Assembly (NCBI GenBank): GCA_049942965.1
Contig: CP188088.1
Location: forward strand, 60,001-92,000
Direction: 5' to 3'
DNA: 32,000 nucleotides
Source of the DNA: Candidatus Saccharimonadota bacterium
GTDB lineage: Bacteria; Pseudomonadota; Gammaproteobacteria; Enterobacterales; Enterobacteriaceae
In this document: positions 24,283-32,000 of the stretch, piece after piece
Numbering within the stretch: the stretch's first letter is position 1
Layout: each line of letters starts with the position of its first letter
Program-made: the position numbers and the translations under genes
Notes under the pieces: generated by a model
What the model saw: the letters and a program-made list of their open reading frames with translations, nothing else
What the model was told of the DNA's origin: nothing
The model's database searches: none

Positions 24283-24492
24283 ATGTCTAAGATAAGAGGT
24301 AATGTTAAGTGGTTTAATGAATCTAAAGGTTTTGGATTCATTACTCCAGAAGATGGAAGTAAAGATGTTTTTGTTCATTTTTCAGCTATTCAAAGCAATG
24401 GATTTAAAACGTTAACGGAAGGACAAAGTGTTGAATTTGAAATTACAGAAGGTGCTAAAGGTCCATCAGCTGCTAATGTTATTAGTTTATAG
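24283..24492 (+). CDS. cspE: Cold-shock-domain protein CspE
   Basis: 69 aa. [69 protein letters not shown] differs from recalled E. coli CspE at only a handful of positions. Confidence 0.96.
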   Translation: MSKIRGNVKWFNESKGFGFITPEDGSKDVFVHFSAIQSNGFKTLTEGQSVEFEITEGAKGPSAANVISL

Positions 24493-24540
24493 TTTTTGAT
24501 GTTTGGATATAACTAATAAAAAAGCAAATTTTTTATTAAT

Positions 24541-24600
24541 TATACCAGCAATTTTAGATCAAAGAAATACTATTTTTGCTGGTATATATTTTTTGTTTAT
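24541..24600 (+). terminator. Rho-independent terminator after cspE, between the convergent cspE and ybeD genes
   Basis: An 11-bp stem pairs tataccagcaa (24541-24551) with ttgctggtata (24576-24586) around a 24-nt loop. It is followed by tattttttgtttatttttttt. Confidence 0.6.
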
Positions 24601-24640
24601 TTTTTTTATAAATATTTTGAAATATTTATAAAAAATATTG

Positions 24641-24904
24641 TTAGAATACCATTCTAACCATGCTAATTTTACTAATTTCATTGTATAGTTTTTCTATTTG
24701 TGAAAAATTTTTAGCACAAATAGTAATTGAAATAGATAAATAGTTTCCTTTATTACTAGATCTGATTTGTGGAATATAATCACCAGGAATACATAATTGT
24801 ATTACTTTAATTATTTGATCTACTAATTCAGGTCTAGATAAACCAATAATTTTATATGTAAAAAAACAAGGAAATTTTAGCATTTCTTGCAAATTTTTTT
24901 TCAT
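24641..24904 (-). CDS. ybeD: UPF0250 (DUF493) protein YbeD
   Basis: 87 aa, the same length as E. coli YbeD and collinear with it. Conserved strings: FPCFFTYKIIG, PELVDQ, SSNKGNYLSISIT and VRMV. Confidence 0.88.
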   Translation of the reverse strand: MKKNLQEMLKFPCFFTYKIIGLSRPELVDQIIKVIQLCIPGDYIPQIRSSNKGNYLSISITICAKNFSQIEKLYNEISKISMVRMVF

Positions 24905-25095
24905 TTATACCTTCTTAATTGTTAGAAATATTTTTTAAGTAAAAATAATAAATTAAGATTTTTTTAAATTATTAATAATATATAAAATATCAAAACAAAA
25001 AAACATAAAAAATATTTTTTTTATTTTAACAGATATTAATGAATATTGTTATATTCAAATTATGTATAAATAACAATGTTTTTTACGGAAAATTT

Positions 25096-26511
25096 ATGTT
25101 AAAAATTTTTAATACATTAACTCGTAAAAAAGACATTTTCCAATCAATTGAGAAAAATAAAGTAGGAATATATGTTTGTGGAGTTACAGTATACGATTTA
25201 TGTCATTTAGGACATGCTAGAACTTTTTTAGTTTTTGATATGATAATCAGGTATTTGAAATATTGTAATTATGAAGTAAATTATGTTAGAAACATTACAG
25301 ATATTGATGATAAAATAATTTTTAAATCTATTCAAAAAAAAGAAAATTTTATTGATTTTTCTAATAGAATGATATTAGAAATGAATAAAGATTTATCAAT
25401 GATAAATCTTATACAACCAAATGCTGAACCAAAGGTTTCAAATTGTATTAGTAATATCATTAACATGATTTCTAAATTAATTGGAAAAGGATATGCATAT
25501 ATTGGAAAAAGCGGAGACGTTTTTTTCTCAGTTAAAAAGTATACAAATTATGGTCAAATTTCTAATCAAACAATACAAAATTTACAGTCAAAAAATTCAT
25601 TTTATAGTGATTTATCAGTAAAAAATAATTTTGAAGATTTTGTTTTATGGAAATTAATAAAAGAAAAAAATGAACCTTATTGGTTTTCTCCATGGGGAAA
25701 AGGAAGACCTGGTTGGCATATTGAATGTTCTGCTATTACTGAAAAATATTTGGGTTATAAGTTTGATATACATGGTGGAGGAATAGATTTATTATTTCCT
25801 CATCATGAAAATGAAGTAGCTCAAAATAGTTGTTACAATACAGAATTTTGTGTAAGTTATTGGATTCATGCAGGATTATTAATTATAAATAATTCTAAAA
25901 TGTCTAAATCATTAGAAAATTCTTTATTTTTAAAAAATATATTAAAAAAATTTGATGGTGATGAAATTAGATTTTTTTTTCTTTCTGCTCATTATAGAAG
26001 TCCTTTAGAATATTTTGAAGAAAAAATAAAAAAATCGAAAGAATCTTTTAAAAAAATTCGAAGTGCTGTTCTTTTTTTCAATTCTAGTATTTGTAGTTCT
26101 TATAATAATTTTTTTGGTATTTCAATTGAAGAAGAAAAACATTTTCATAATGCTATGGAAAATGATTTTAACACTCCTAAAGCATTATCTGTTTTATTTA
26201 GTATAGTAAGAAAAATTAATATATTTAAAAAGAATAAAGATCCAAAAAATGTTTTTTTATATTCCTTTAAATTAAAGGAATTAAGTAAAATTTTAGGTTT
26301 TTTTACAAAAAAAAGCATGTCTTTATATAAAAAAAAAAAAAATAAAAAAAAACTAAAAGAAAATAAAAAAATAAAAGATATTCATTTGTTGATTAAATTA
26401 AGAAATAAAGCTAGGAAAAATAAAAATTGGGATTTATCCGATCTTTTAAAAGAAAAATTATTAAAATTTGGAGTAGTAATAGAAGATAAATCTTATAAAG
26501 ATCTAGAATAA
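25096..26511 (+). CDS. cysS: Cysteinyl-tRNA synthetase
   Basis: Trimmed from the in-frame ATG 25039 to ATG 25096, where MLKIFNTLTRKK matches the E. coli CysS N-terminus. The class I motifs HLGH and KMSKS are present, along with WHIECS. The C-terminal region carries a Lys-rich low-complexity stretch. Confidence 0.94.
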   Translation: MLKIFNTLTRKKDIFQSIEKNKVGIYVCGVTVYDLCHLGHARTFLVFDMIIRYLKYCNYEVNYVRNITDIDDKIIFKSIQKKENFIDFSNRMILEMNKDLSMINLIQPNAEPKVSNCISNIINMISKLIGKGYAYIGKSGDVFFSVKKYTNYGQISNQTIQNLQSKNSFYSDLSVKNNFEDFVLWKLIKEKNEPYWFSPWGKGRPGWHIECSAITEKYLGYKFDIHGGGIDLLFPHHENEVAQNSCYNTEFCVSYWIHAGLLIINNSKMSKSLENSLFLKNILKKFDGDEIRFFFLSAHYRSPLEYFEEKIKKSKESFKKIRSAVLFFNSSICSSYNNFFGISIEEEKHFHNAMENDFNTPKALSVLFSIVRKINIFKKNKDPKNVFLYSFKLKELSKILGFFTKKSMSLYKKKKNKKKLKENKKIKDIHLLIKLRNKARKNKNWDLSDLLKEKLLKFGVVIEDKSYKDLE

Positions 26512-26536
26512 AGATATTAATCTTAATTAATTGTTT

Positions 26537-27406
26537 TTAATTTTTATTAAACTCAAAATTTTTGTATGCATTAATAGTGTTTTTCAATAAAGTTGCTACT
26601 GTCATTGGTCCTACTCCTCCAGGAACTGGAGTAATAAAAGATGCTTTTTTTGAAACAGAGTTAAAGTTTACATCTCCTGTTATTTCTCCTTTTTGATTTC
26701 TATTTATACCTACATCTATAATAATAGAACCATTTTTAATTAAGTTTCCATTCAAAAAATTTTCTTTACCTACACTTACGACAATTAAATCAGCATTTTT
26801 TGTATAAAATTTTAAATTTTTTGTAAATTTATGTACTACTGTAGTAGTACATCCTGCTAGTAATAATTCCATACTCATTGGTCTTCCAACAATATTAGAA
26901 GCTCCAATTACTACAGAATTTAAACCGTACATATGTATTTTGTATTTTTTTAACAAAGTAATAATTCCATATGGTGTACAAGATCTCATAGTAGGATTTC
27001 TTTGGCATAACATGCCTATATTATAAGGATGTAAGCCATCTACATCTTTTTTAGGATTAATTTGTTTTATTATGTTTATTGGATTAATAAACTTTTTTGG
27101 AAGAGGTAGTTGTACTAAAATTCCATCTATATTATTATCATTATTTAATCTTTCAATAATTGATATTATTTTTTTTTCATCTGTTTTTTCACTTAAACAA
27201 ATAACTTTTGAAGATATTCCAACTTTTTTACATGCTAATTGTTTTTTTTTTATATAAATTTTAGAAGAATAATCATTTCCAATAATAATAATTGCTAATC
27301 CAGGAATTCTTTTTTTATTTTTGATTATTTTTTCTTTGATATAGTTTTTTATATTTGTAAATATCTTTTCTGCTATTAATTTTCCTTGAATAATTTTACA
27401 ATTCAT
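26537..27406 (-). CDS. folD: Bifunctional methylenetetrahydrofolate dehydrogenase/cyclohydrolase
   Basis: 289 aa. Conserved strings: DGILVQLPLP, VIGASNIVGRPM and PVPGGVGPMTVA. Confidence 0.96.
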   Translation of the reverse strand: MNCKIIQGKLIAEKIFTNIKNYIKEKIIKNKKRIPGLAIIIIGNDYSSKIYIKKKQLACKKVGISSKVICLSEKTDEKKIISIIERLNNDNNIDGILVQLPLPKKFINPINIIKQINPKKDVDGLHPYNIGMLCQRNPTMRSCTPYGIITLLKKYKIHMYGLNSVVIGASNIVGRPMSMELLLAGCTTTVVHKFTKNLKFYTKNADLIVVSVGKENFLNGNLIKNGSIIIDVGINRNQKGEITGDVNFNSVSKKASFITPVPGGVGPMTVATLLKNTINAYKNFEFNKN

Positions 27407-27490
27407 ACTTATTCCTTTTGTTGATGGGTAGTGAGTTTTATTTTTTTTTATTTTTTACAAAAAAATTAAAATAATAATTTAAATTAGTCA

Positions 27491-27519
27491 TTGTTGTATT
27501 TAATAAAGTATAATATAAT
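27491..27519 (+). promoter_or_regulatory. Candidate sigma70 promoter for tRNA-Arg
   Basis: TTGTTG (27491-27496), 17 nt, TATAAT (27514-27519), about 30 nt upstream of the tRNA. The chance-match risk is high in AT-rich DNA. Confidence 0.3.
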
Positions 27520-27551
27520 CTTTTCTTATTGTTAATTAAATATAAAAATTA

Positions 27552-27624
27552 GCGTTCTTAGCTCAGTGGATAGAGCAACGGCCTTCTAAGCCGTAGGTCA
27601 TAGGTTCGAATCCTATAGAACGCA
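27552..27624 (+). tRNA. argU: tRNA-Arg (anticodon UCU, reads AGA/AGG); 3' CCA not encoded
   Basis: gcgttcttagctcagtggatagagcaacggccttctaagccgtaggtcataggttcgaatcctatagaacgca folds as a cloverleaf. The acceptor stem pairs gcgttct with agaacgc. The anticodon stem pairs acggc with gccgt, and the loop is cTTCTAa. It resembles recalled E. coli argU. The 3' flank reads aat. Confidence 0.93.
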
Positions 27625-27656
27625 AATAAAAAAATTTTTTATGTTTAAAAAATTTT

Positions 27657-28316
27657 TTAGTTTTTTTTAATAAGAAGAATTTTTTTTAATATTTTTTGTA
27701 TCTTTGAAATAGAAATACTAGTATTTATTCTAAAATATTTAATATTTTTTTTTTTGTTTTCTTTAATATAAAACTGAATTAGTTCTTTTGAAAATTTTTT
27801 ATATTCTCTTATTCTTTTTTTTATTGATATTAAATTATCGTCATTTCTTTCAATTAGTTTTTCTCCAGTTAAGTCATCTATTCCTTCTTGAATAGGAGGT
27901 TTAAAAATAGCATGATAAATCCTTCCAGATTGAATATGTATTTTCCTTCCTAAAATTCTTTGAACTATTAAATTAGTAGGTATAAAAAATTCAATTACAT
28001 AATCTATTTTTATTTTTTCTTGTTTTATAAAATATGCTTGTTTTATTGTTCTAGGAAAACCATCTAACAAAAATCCTTTTTTGCAATCTTTTTTGCATAT
28101 TCTTTTTTTTATTAAGTCAAAAATTATTTCATCGTCAACTAATTTTCCGGAATTTATGGTTAGTTCAACTTTTTTTTTAATTTCTTTATTTTTTATAGCA
28201 TTGTTTGATCTTAATAAATCTCCTAACGTAATTTTTGGTATTTTAAGTTTTTTTTTTATAAAATTAGCTTGAGTTCCTTTTCCAGTTCCTGGAGCTCCCA
28301 TAAGTATAATTTTCAT
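27657..28316 (-). CDS. adk: Adenylate kinase
   Basis: 219 aa. Conserved strings: the GAPGTGKGTQ P-loop and LLDGFPRT. Collinear with E. coli Adk. Confidence 0.95.
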   Translation of the reverse strand: MKIILMGAPGTGKGTQANFIKKKLKIPKITLGDLLRSNNAIKNKEIKKKVELTINSGKLVDDEIIFDLIKKRICKKDCKKGFLLDGFPRTIKQAYFIKQEKIKIDYVIEFFIPTNLIVQRILGRKIHIQSGRIYHAIFKPPIQEGIDDLTGEKLIERNDDNLISIKKRIREYKKFSKELIQFYIKENKKKNIKYFRINTSISISKIQKILKKILLIKKN

Positions 28317-28368
28317 TTTTTTATTTTTCTTAGTTTTTAGTATTTTTTTAATACATATTTTAATATAT

Positions 28369-28402
28369 GTTATAAAGATATTTAAAAAAATATCTTTATA
28401 AC
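28369..28402 (-). terminator. Perfect 15-bp hairpin 24 nt downstream of the htpG stop; a candidate htpG terminator or adk-upstream element
   Basis: gttataaagatattt (28369-28383) pairs with aaatatctttataac (28388-28402) around a 4-nt loop. No clear U-run follows on the minus strand. Confidence 0.45.
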
Positions 28403-28425
28403 TATTTATTAAATTTGCAGAATTT

Positions 28426-30318
28426 TTAGTTTGTTAAATATAAATTATTCATCAATTTAATAAAATTATTTGGATTTTCTAAATTACCACGTTCTGCTAA
28501 AAGTGCTTGTTCTAACAATAGTTCAACCCAGTTTTTAAACAATTTATTGTCTTTTATAGATTTAATTTTTTTTATTAATTTATGGTTTGGATTTATTTCT
28601 AATATGTATTTAATTGGATTTACGTTTTGTCCAGCTGCTAAAAATAGTTTTTGCATTTGTGTAGACATTTCATTCGATTCTGTTAAAACAATAGATGGAG
28701 TTTCAGTTAATCTATAAGTTAAACGAACATCTTTTACTTTTTTACCTAATATTTCTTTTATTTTTTTTACAAATTTTAAAGAGTCATTATCATTGATGTT
28801 TATATCATTTTTTTTATTTTCTTCTGTTAGTTTATTTATAGATGAATCACTTATACTGACTGATTGAAATTTTTTACCTTGAAATTCAGTTAAATAATTC
28901 ATCATCCATTCATCTATTCGGTCAGTTAAAATTAAAACGTCGATTCCTTTTTTTTTAAATAATTCTAAATGAGGATTATCGTATGCAGAATCATAGCTAT
29001 CGGCTGTAATATAAAATATTTTTTCTTGTTGTTCAATCATATTATTTAAATAGTTTTGCAGAGAAATTTTTTTATTATTATTTTTAGTTGAAATAGATGA
29101 AAATTTTAATAAACTTGAAATAATTTCTTTATTTTCTAGATCTTCTGCAGGACCTTCTTTAAATACTGATCCAAATTCATTCCAAAATGTTATGTATTTT
29201 TCTGGATCATTTTTTTCTAAGTTTTGTAAATTTTTTAAGATCTTTTTTGTTATTGATTTTTTTAATATCTTAATAATTTTATTGTCTTGTAAAATTTCTC
29301 TTGAAACATTTAAAGGTAAATCGTTTGTATCGATTATTCCTTTTACAAATCTTAAATAATTTGGTAAAAATTGTTTTATTTCTTCCATTATAAAAATTTT
29401 TTTTACATATAGCTTTAATCCGTTTTTATTTTCTTTGTTCCAAATATCCCAAGGAGCTTTGGATGGTATGTATAAAAGATTGATATATTCTAATTTTCCT
29501 TCTACATGATTATGAATCCATGAAATTGGTTCATGAATATCATTTGTTATTTCTTTATAAAAGTTTTTGTAATCTTCATCGGAAATTTCTGATTTTTTTA
29601 ATGTCCATAAAGATTTAGCAGTATTTATTTTTTCCCAAGAGTAAATTTTATTTTTTTTGTCATATTTTTGTATTTCTATAGGTATAGAAATGTGATCTGT
29701 ATATTTATTAATTATATTTTTTATTTTTTGATTTTCTAAAAAATTAATTTCATTTTCTTTTAGATATAAAGTAACAGAAGTTCCACGATTTTTTTTTATA
29801 CAATTGTTTACAGTAAATTCCCCTTTTCCTTCTGATTCCCAAATTGTTCCATTTTTAGGAGAAACATTAGCTGTTCTAGTTCTAATTATTACTTTTTTGG
29901 AAACTATAAAAGATGAATAAAATCCAACACCAAATTTCCCAATCAATTGATTGTTTTCTTTTTCAGCAATTTTATTTATTGATTTTAAAAAATTTTTTGT
30001 TCCTGATTTTGCTATGGTTCCTAAATTTTCAATAACTTCTTGTTTTGTCATCCCAATTCCATTATCAGAAATAGTTATTGATTTATTAGTTTTAGAAACA
30101 GTTATTTGAATTTTAGTTTTTGAATCATTTTCATATAATTTTGAATTAGAAATAGATAAAAAATGTAATTTCTCTATAGCATCTGCAGCATTAGAAATTA
30201 ACTCTCTAAAGAAAATTTCTTTATTAGAATATAAAGAATTAATCATTAAATCTAATAGTTGTTTTGATTCTGATTGAAATTTGTAGTTCTCTTTTTTGTT
30301 TATCATATATTTTTCCAT
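28426..30318 (-). CDS. htpG: Chaperone HtpG (Hsp90 family)
   Basis: 630 aa from ATG 30318. An alternative ATG at 30306 is preceded by GGAA. Conserved strings: FQSESKQLLDLMINSLYSNKEIFFRELISNAADA, GKFGVGFYSSF and LPLNVSREILQ. Collinear with E. coli HtpG over its full length. Confidence 0.96.
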   Translation of the reverse strand: MEKYMINKKENYKFQSESKQLLDLMINSLYSNKEIFFRELISNAADAIEKLHFLSISNSKLYENDSKTKIQITVSKTNKSITISDNGIGMTKQEVIENLGTIAKSGTKNFLKSINKIAEKENNQLIGKFGVGFYSSFIVSKKVIIRTRTANVSPKNGTIWESEGKGEFTVNNCIKKNRGTSVTLYLKENEINFLENQKIKNIINKYTDHISIPIEIQKYDKKNKIYSWEKINTAKSLWTLKKSEISDEDYKNFYKEITNDIHEPISWIHNHVEGKLEYINLLYIPSKAPWDIWNKENKNGLKLYVKKIFIMEEIKQFLPNYLRFVKGIIDTNDLPLNVSREILQDNKIIKILKKSITKKILKNLQNLEKNDPEKYITFWNEFGSVFKEGPAEDLENKEIISSLLKFSSISTKNNNKKISLQNYLNNMIEQQEKIFYITADSYDSAYDNPHLELFKKKGIDVLILTDRIDEWMMNYLTEFQGKKFQSVSISDSSINKLTEENKKNDININDNDSLKFVKKIKEILGKKVKDVRLTYRLTETPSIVLTESNEMSTQMQKLFLAAGQNVNPIKYILEINPNHKLIKKIKSIKDNKLFKNWVELLLEQALLAERGNLENPNNFIKLMNNLYLTN

Positions 30319-30408
30319 AGTTTTTATTTTTTAAATTATTTAAAAATTTTTATCAAATTTTTGTTGTATATGAAGTTTTTTTAAATAGTTTTATTTTTAA
30401 TTTTTTAA

Positions 30409-30744
30409 TTATAATAATGGGAAATTTAACCCACTAGGAAATGTTGTCTCTGTAGAAATTAAATCCATTTTTCTCTTCTTTTCTTCAGTTATTCTTCTTA
30501 TAGCATCATTGAAAGCAGCAGTAGTTAGATCTTCTAGCATCTCTTTTTCATCAACAGATAGTAAACTAGAATCTATTTCTATAGTCTTGCAATTGTATGA
30601 TCCATTTATGGTAATTTTTACTAATCCTGCTCCTGATTCTCCAGTAACTTCTATTTTTTCTATTTCTTTTTTGGTTGTTTCTATTTTTTTTTGTATTTCC
30701 TGTGCTTGTTTCATAAAATTACCCAATCCTTTTTTAGTAAACAT
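30409..30744 (-). CDS. ybaB: Nucleoid-associated protein YbaB/EbfC
   Basis: 111 aa. Conserved strings: [33 protein letters not shown] and [14 protein letters not shown]. Collinear with E. coli YbaB. Confidence 0.93.
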   Translation of the reverse strand: MFTKKGLGNFMKQAQEIQKKIETTKKEIEKIEVTGESGAGLVKITINGSYNCKTIEIDSSLLSVDEKEMLEDLTTAAFNDAIRRITEEKKRKMDLISTETTFPSGLNFPLL

Positions 30745-30825
30745 TTTCTCTCCAGTTATATAAATATATTAGAATTTTTATAAAAAAATTTTTTTGTTGT
30801 AAGTTAAATATTGTCACTTCTTGAT

Positions 30826-31110
30826 TTAAGAAATTTTAAAAATTTTTTTTATCATTTTTATTTTTAAATTGTTTTTTGGTATATTTTTATTTGTTTTTTT
30901 AAAATTCACTTTTTTATTTTTTAAATTTTTTATTTTTAAAAAACATTGTTCTTTTATTTTTGATATTCTTTTATTGGAAAAAGTTTTTTTTTTTTCTTTT
31001 TTTTTTAGATTTTTTTTTTTTTTTGATAACAATTTTATAATTTTTATAAAAATTTCTGTAGTATTTTTTTTTTCATTTTTTGTTTTTTTATGTTTTTCAT
31101 AAATTAGCAT
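30826..31110 (-). other. Lys-rich 94-codon ORF in the dnaX-ybaB spacer; probably non-coding low-complexity DNA or an eroded dnaX 3' remnant
   Basis: Its ATG (31110-31108) overlaps the dnaX end (TTATGCTAA), and the ORF lies in the -1 frame relative to dnaX. By hand count, 35 of 94 residues are Lys. The coding strand carries A12, A10 and A15 runs. No Shine-Dalgarno is present, and the opposite strand is also open (77-aa Phe-rich ORF). Confidence 0.15.
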
Positions 31111-32000
31111 AATATTATGCTTAGTAAAGTCATTTCAACACTGGTTTTTTTTGTAGGAGCTAATTTTATATCTTTTTTCCCTATTGTTATTTTATTATAT
31201 AAATTTTGTATTTTCAGTGGAGATGTTGTATTTGAAATTTTTATTAGTTTTTTTTTTTGTTCTGTTGTAAATTCTTGATCTTTCCAAATTAAAGGGTAAG
31301 TTTGTGACATGAAAATATAATGTAAAATTTTAAGTAAACTTGTTAAAATTTGTTCCCATTCAATTCCAAATTCACTTATTTTATTAATAATTTTTATTAA
31401 TGATATTGCATTACTTTTCAATAAACAAATTATTATTTTTATTGAATAATCTTCATCTAATGTTCCTAACATATTATTTACAACAGTGTTAGAAATATTT
31501 CCATTTCCTATAGAAATAGCATTTTCAACATAACATAAAGCATCTCTAAGACTTCCTTCTGAGAATTTAGAAATATTTCTAATAGCTTTTTCTTCAAAAG
31601 AAATTTTTTCTATTTTTAAAATATCAATAATTTTTTTATAAATTTTTATTTCATTAATTGGTCTTAAATTAAAGATTAAACATCTTGATAAAACAGTTTT
31701 AGGTATTTTTTCAAGATTAGTAGTTGCTAAAATAAATTTAGTGTATTTAGGGGGTTCTTCAAGATGTTTTAATAAAGCATTAAAACTATGTTTAGACAAC
31801 ATATGAACTTCGTCTATTAAATATATTTTAAATCGACCCTTTATTGGAGGATATTGAATATATTTGAGTAATTCTTTGATATCTTCTACTTTAGTATGAG
31901 AAGCACCATCTATTTCAATTAAATCTAAAAATTTTCCTTTTGATATATCTTGACAATTTTTACATTTTTCACATGGATTGTTTGTGATTTTTTTTTCACA
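31104..32000 (-). CDS. dnaX: DNA polymerase III clamp-loader subunit DnaX, 3' 298 codons; the gene starts right of the window
   Basis: The frame is open from base 32000. Hand translation begins CEKKITNNPCEKCKNC (zinc module), followed by GRFKIYLIDEVHMLSKHSFNALLKHLEEPP, TVLSRC and EGSLRDAL. The ORF ends ...TSVEMTLLSIILC*. It aligns to E. coli DnaX residues about 64 to 366. Confidence 0.95.
   Translation of the reverse strand, partial: CEKKITNNPCEKCKNCQDISKGKFLDLIEIDGASHTKVEDIKELLKYIQYPPIKGRFKIYLIDEVHMLSKHSFNALLKHLEEPPKYTKFILATTNLEKIPKTVLSRCLIFNLRPINEIKIYKKIIDILKIEKISFEEKAIRNISKFSEGSLRDALCYVENAISIGNGNISNTVVNNMLGTLDEDYSIKIIICLLKSNAISLIKIINKISEFGIEWEQILTSLLKILHYIFMSQTYPLIWKDQEFTTEQKKKLIKISNTTSPLKIQNLYNKITIGKKDIKLAPTKKTSVEMTLLSIILC

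Noticed and set aside
27627-27658. A7T6 and A6T6 palindromes between tRNA-Arg and the adk stop, considered as possible bidirectional terminators.
   Set aside because: An AnTn block cannot form a stable looped hairpin, and this is simply the common A-run/T-run composition. There is no GC stem.
30869-31102. A 77-aa Phe-rich ORF on the plus strand in the dnaX-ybaB spacer.
   Set aside because: It is the mirror image of the poly(T) tracts, with no start context or homology. Its existence shows mainly that strand-skewed low complexity keeps frames open here.
31135-31152. An A_AAA_AAA slippery heptamer in the correct zero frame within dnaX (ACA AAA AAA ACC, 31154-31143 on the minus strand), with a -1-frame stop four codons later (AAC CAG TGT TGA). 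It superficially mimics the E. coli dnaX A_AAA_AAG / UGA gamma frameshift site.
   Set aside because: The two Lys codons align with Arg-Arg of E. coli (APDRRMGVEMTLL versus APTKKTSVEMTLL), so the run is explained by AT-driven R-to-K replacement. The shifted product would be only 9 residues shorter in total and would lose the last domain III helix. No downstream stimulatory hairpin or upstream SD-like element is evident. A-runs like this are ubiquitous in this genome.

Overview
This window is a very AT-rich (roughly three-quarters A+T by eye), gene-dense core-genome segment from a reduced gammaproteobacterial insect endosymbiont. Every protein aligns collinearly with an E. coli K-12 ortholog recalled from memory. 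The gene order, together with a 16S-less tRNA-Glu/23S/5S unit directly downstream of aroE, fits Buchnera aphidicola. Left to right the window holds: the 3' part of fusA; tuf; the complete S10-spc-alpha ribosomal cluster (rpsJ through rplQ, including secY, rpmJ and rpoA); fmt and def on the minus strand; tsaC-aroE; tRNA-Glu, 23S and 5S rRNA; cspE; ybeD (-); cysS; folD (-); tRNA-Arg(UCU); and adk, htpG, ybaB and a partial dnaX, all on the minus strand. I see no mobile elements, CRISPR, prophage, defence or accessory island, and no convincing evidence of a novel multi-gene system. This is an ordinary, highly conserved housekeeping region. Six things are worth a second look. (1) The 360-bp dnaX-ybaB spacer is full of homopolymers and carries a Lys-rich 94-codon ORF that abuts the stop of a truncated, tau-less dnaX in the -1 frame. 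(2) Very long poly(A) runs sit inside intact essential genes: A16 in fmt, A13 in rplO, A14 in cysS. (3) The 23S rRNA has AT-only expansion segments. (4) A 29-bp tandem duplication lies upstream of tuf. (5) Several perfect intergenic hairpins are present. (6) Neither tRNA gene encodes CCA. Most of these are known styles of endosymbiont genome erosion, so interest scores are modest. All coordinates, counts and alignments were done by hand, without database searches.
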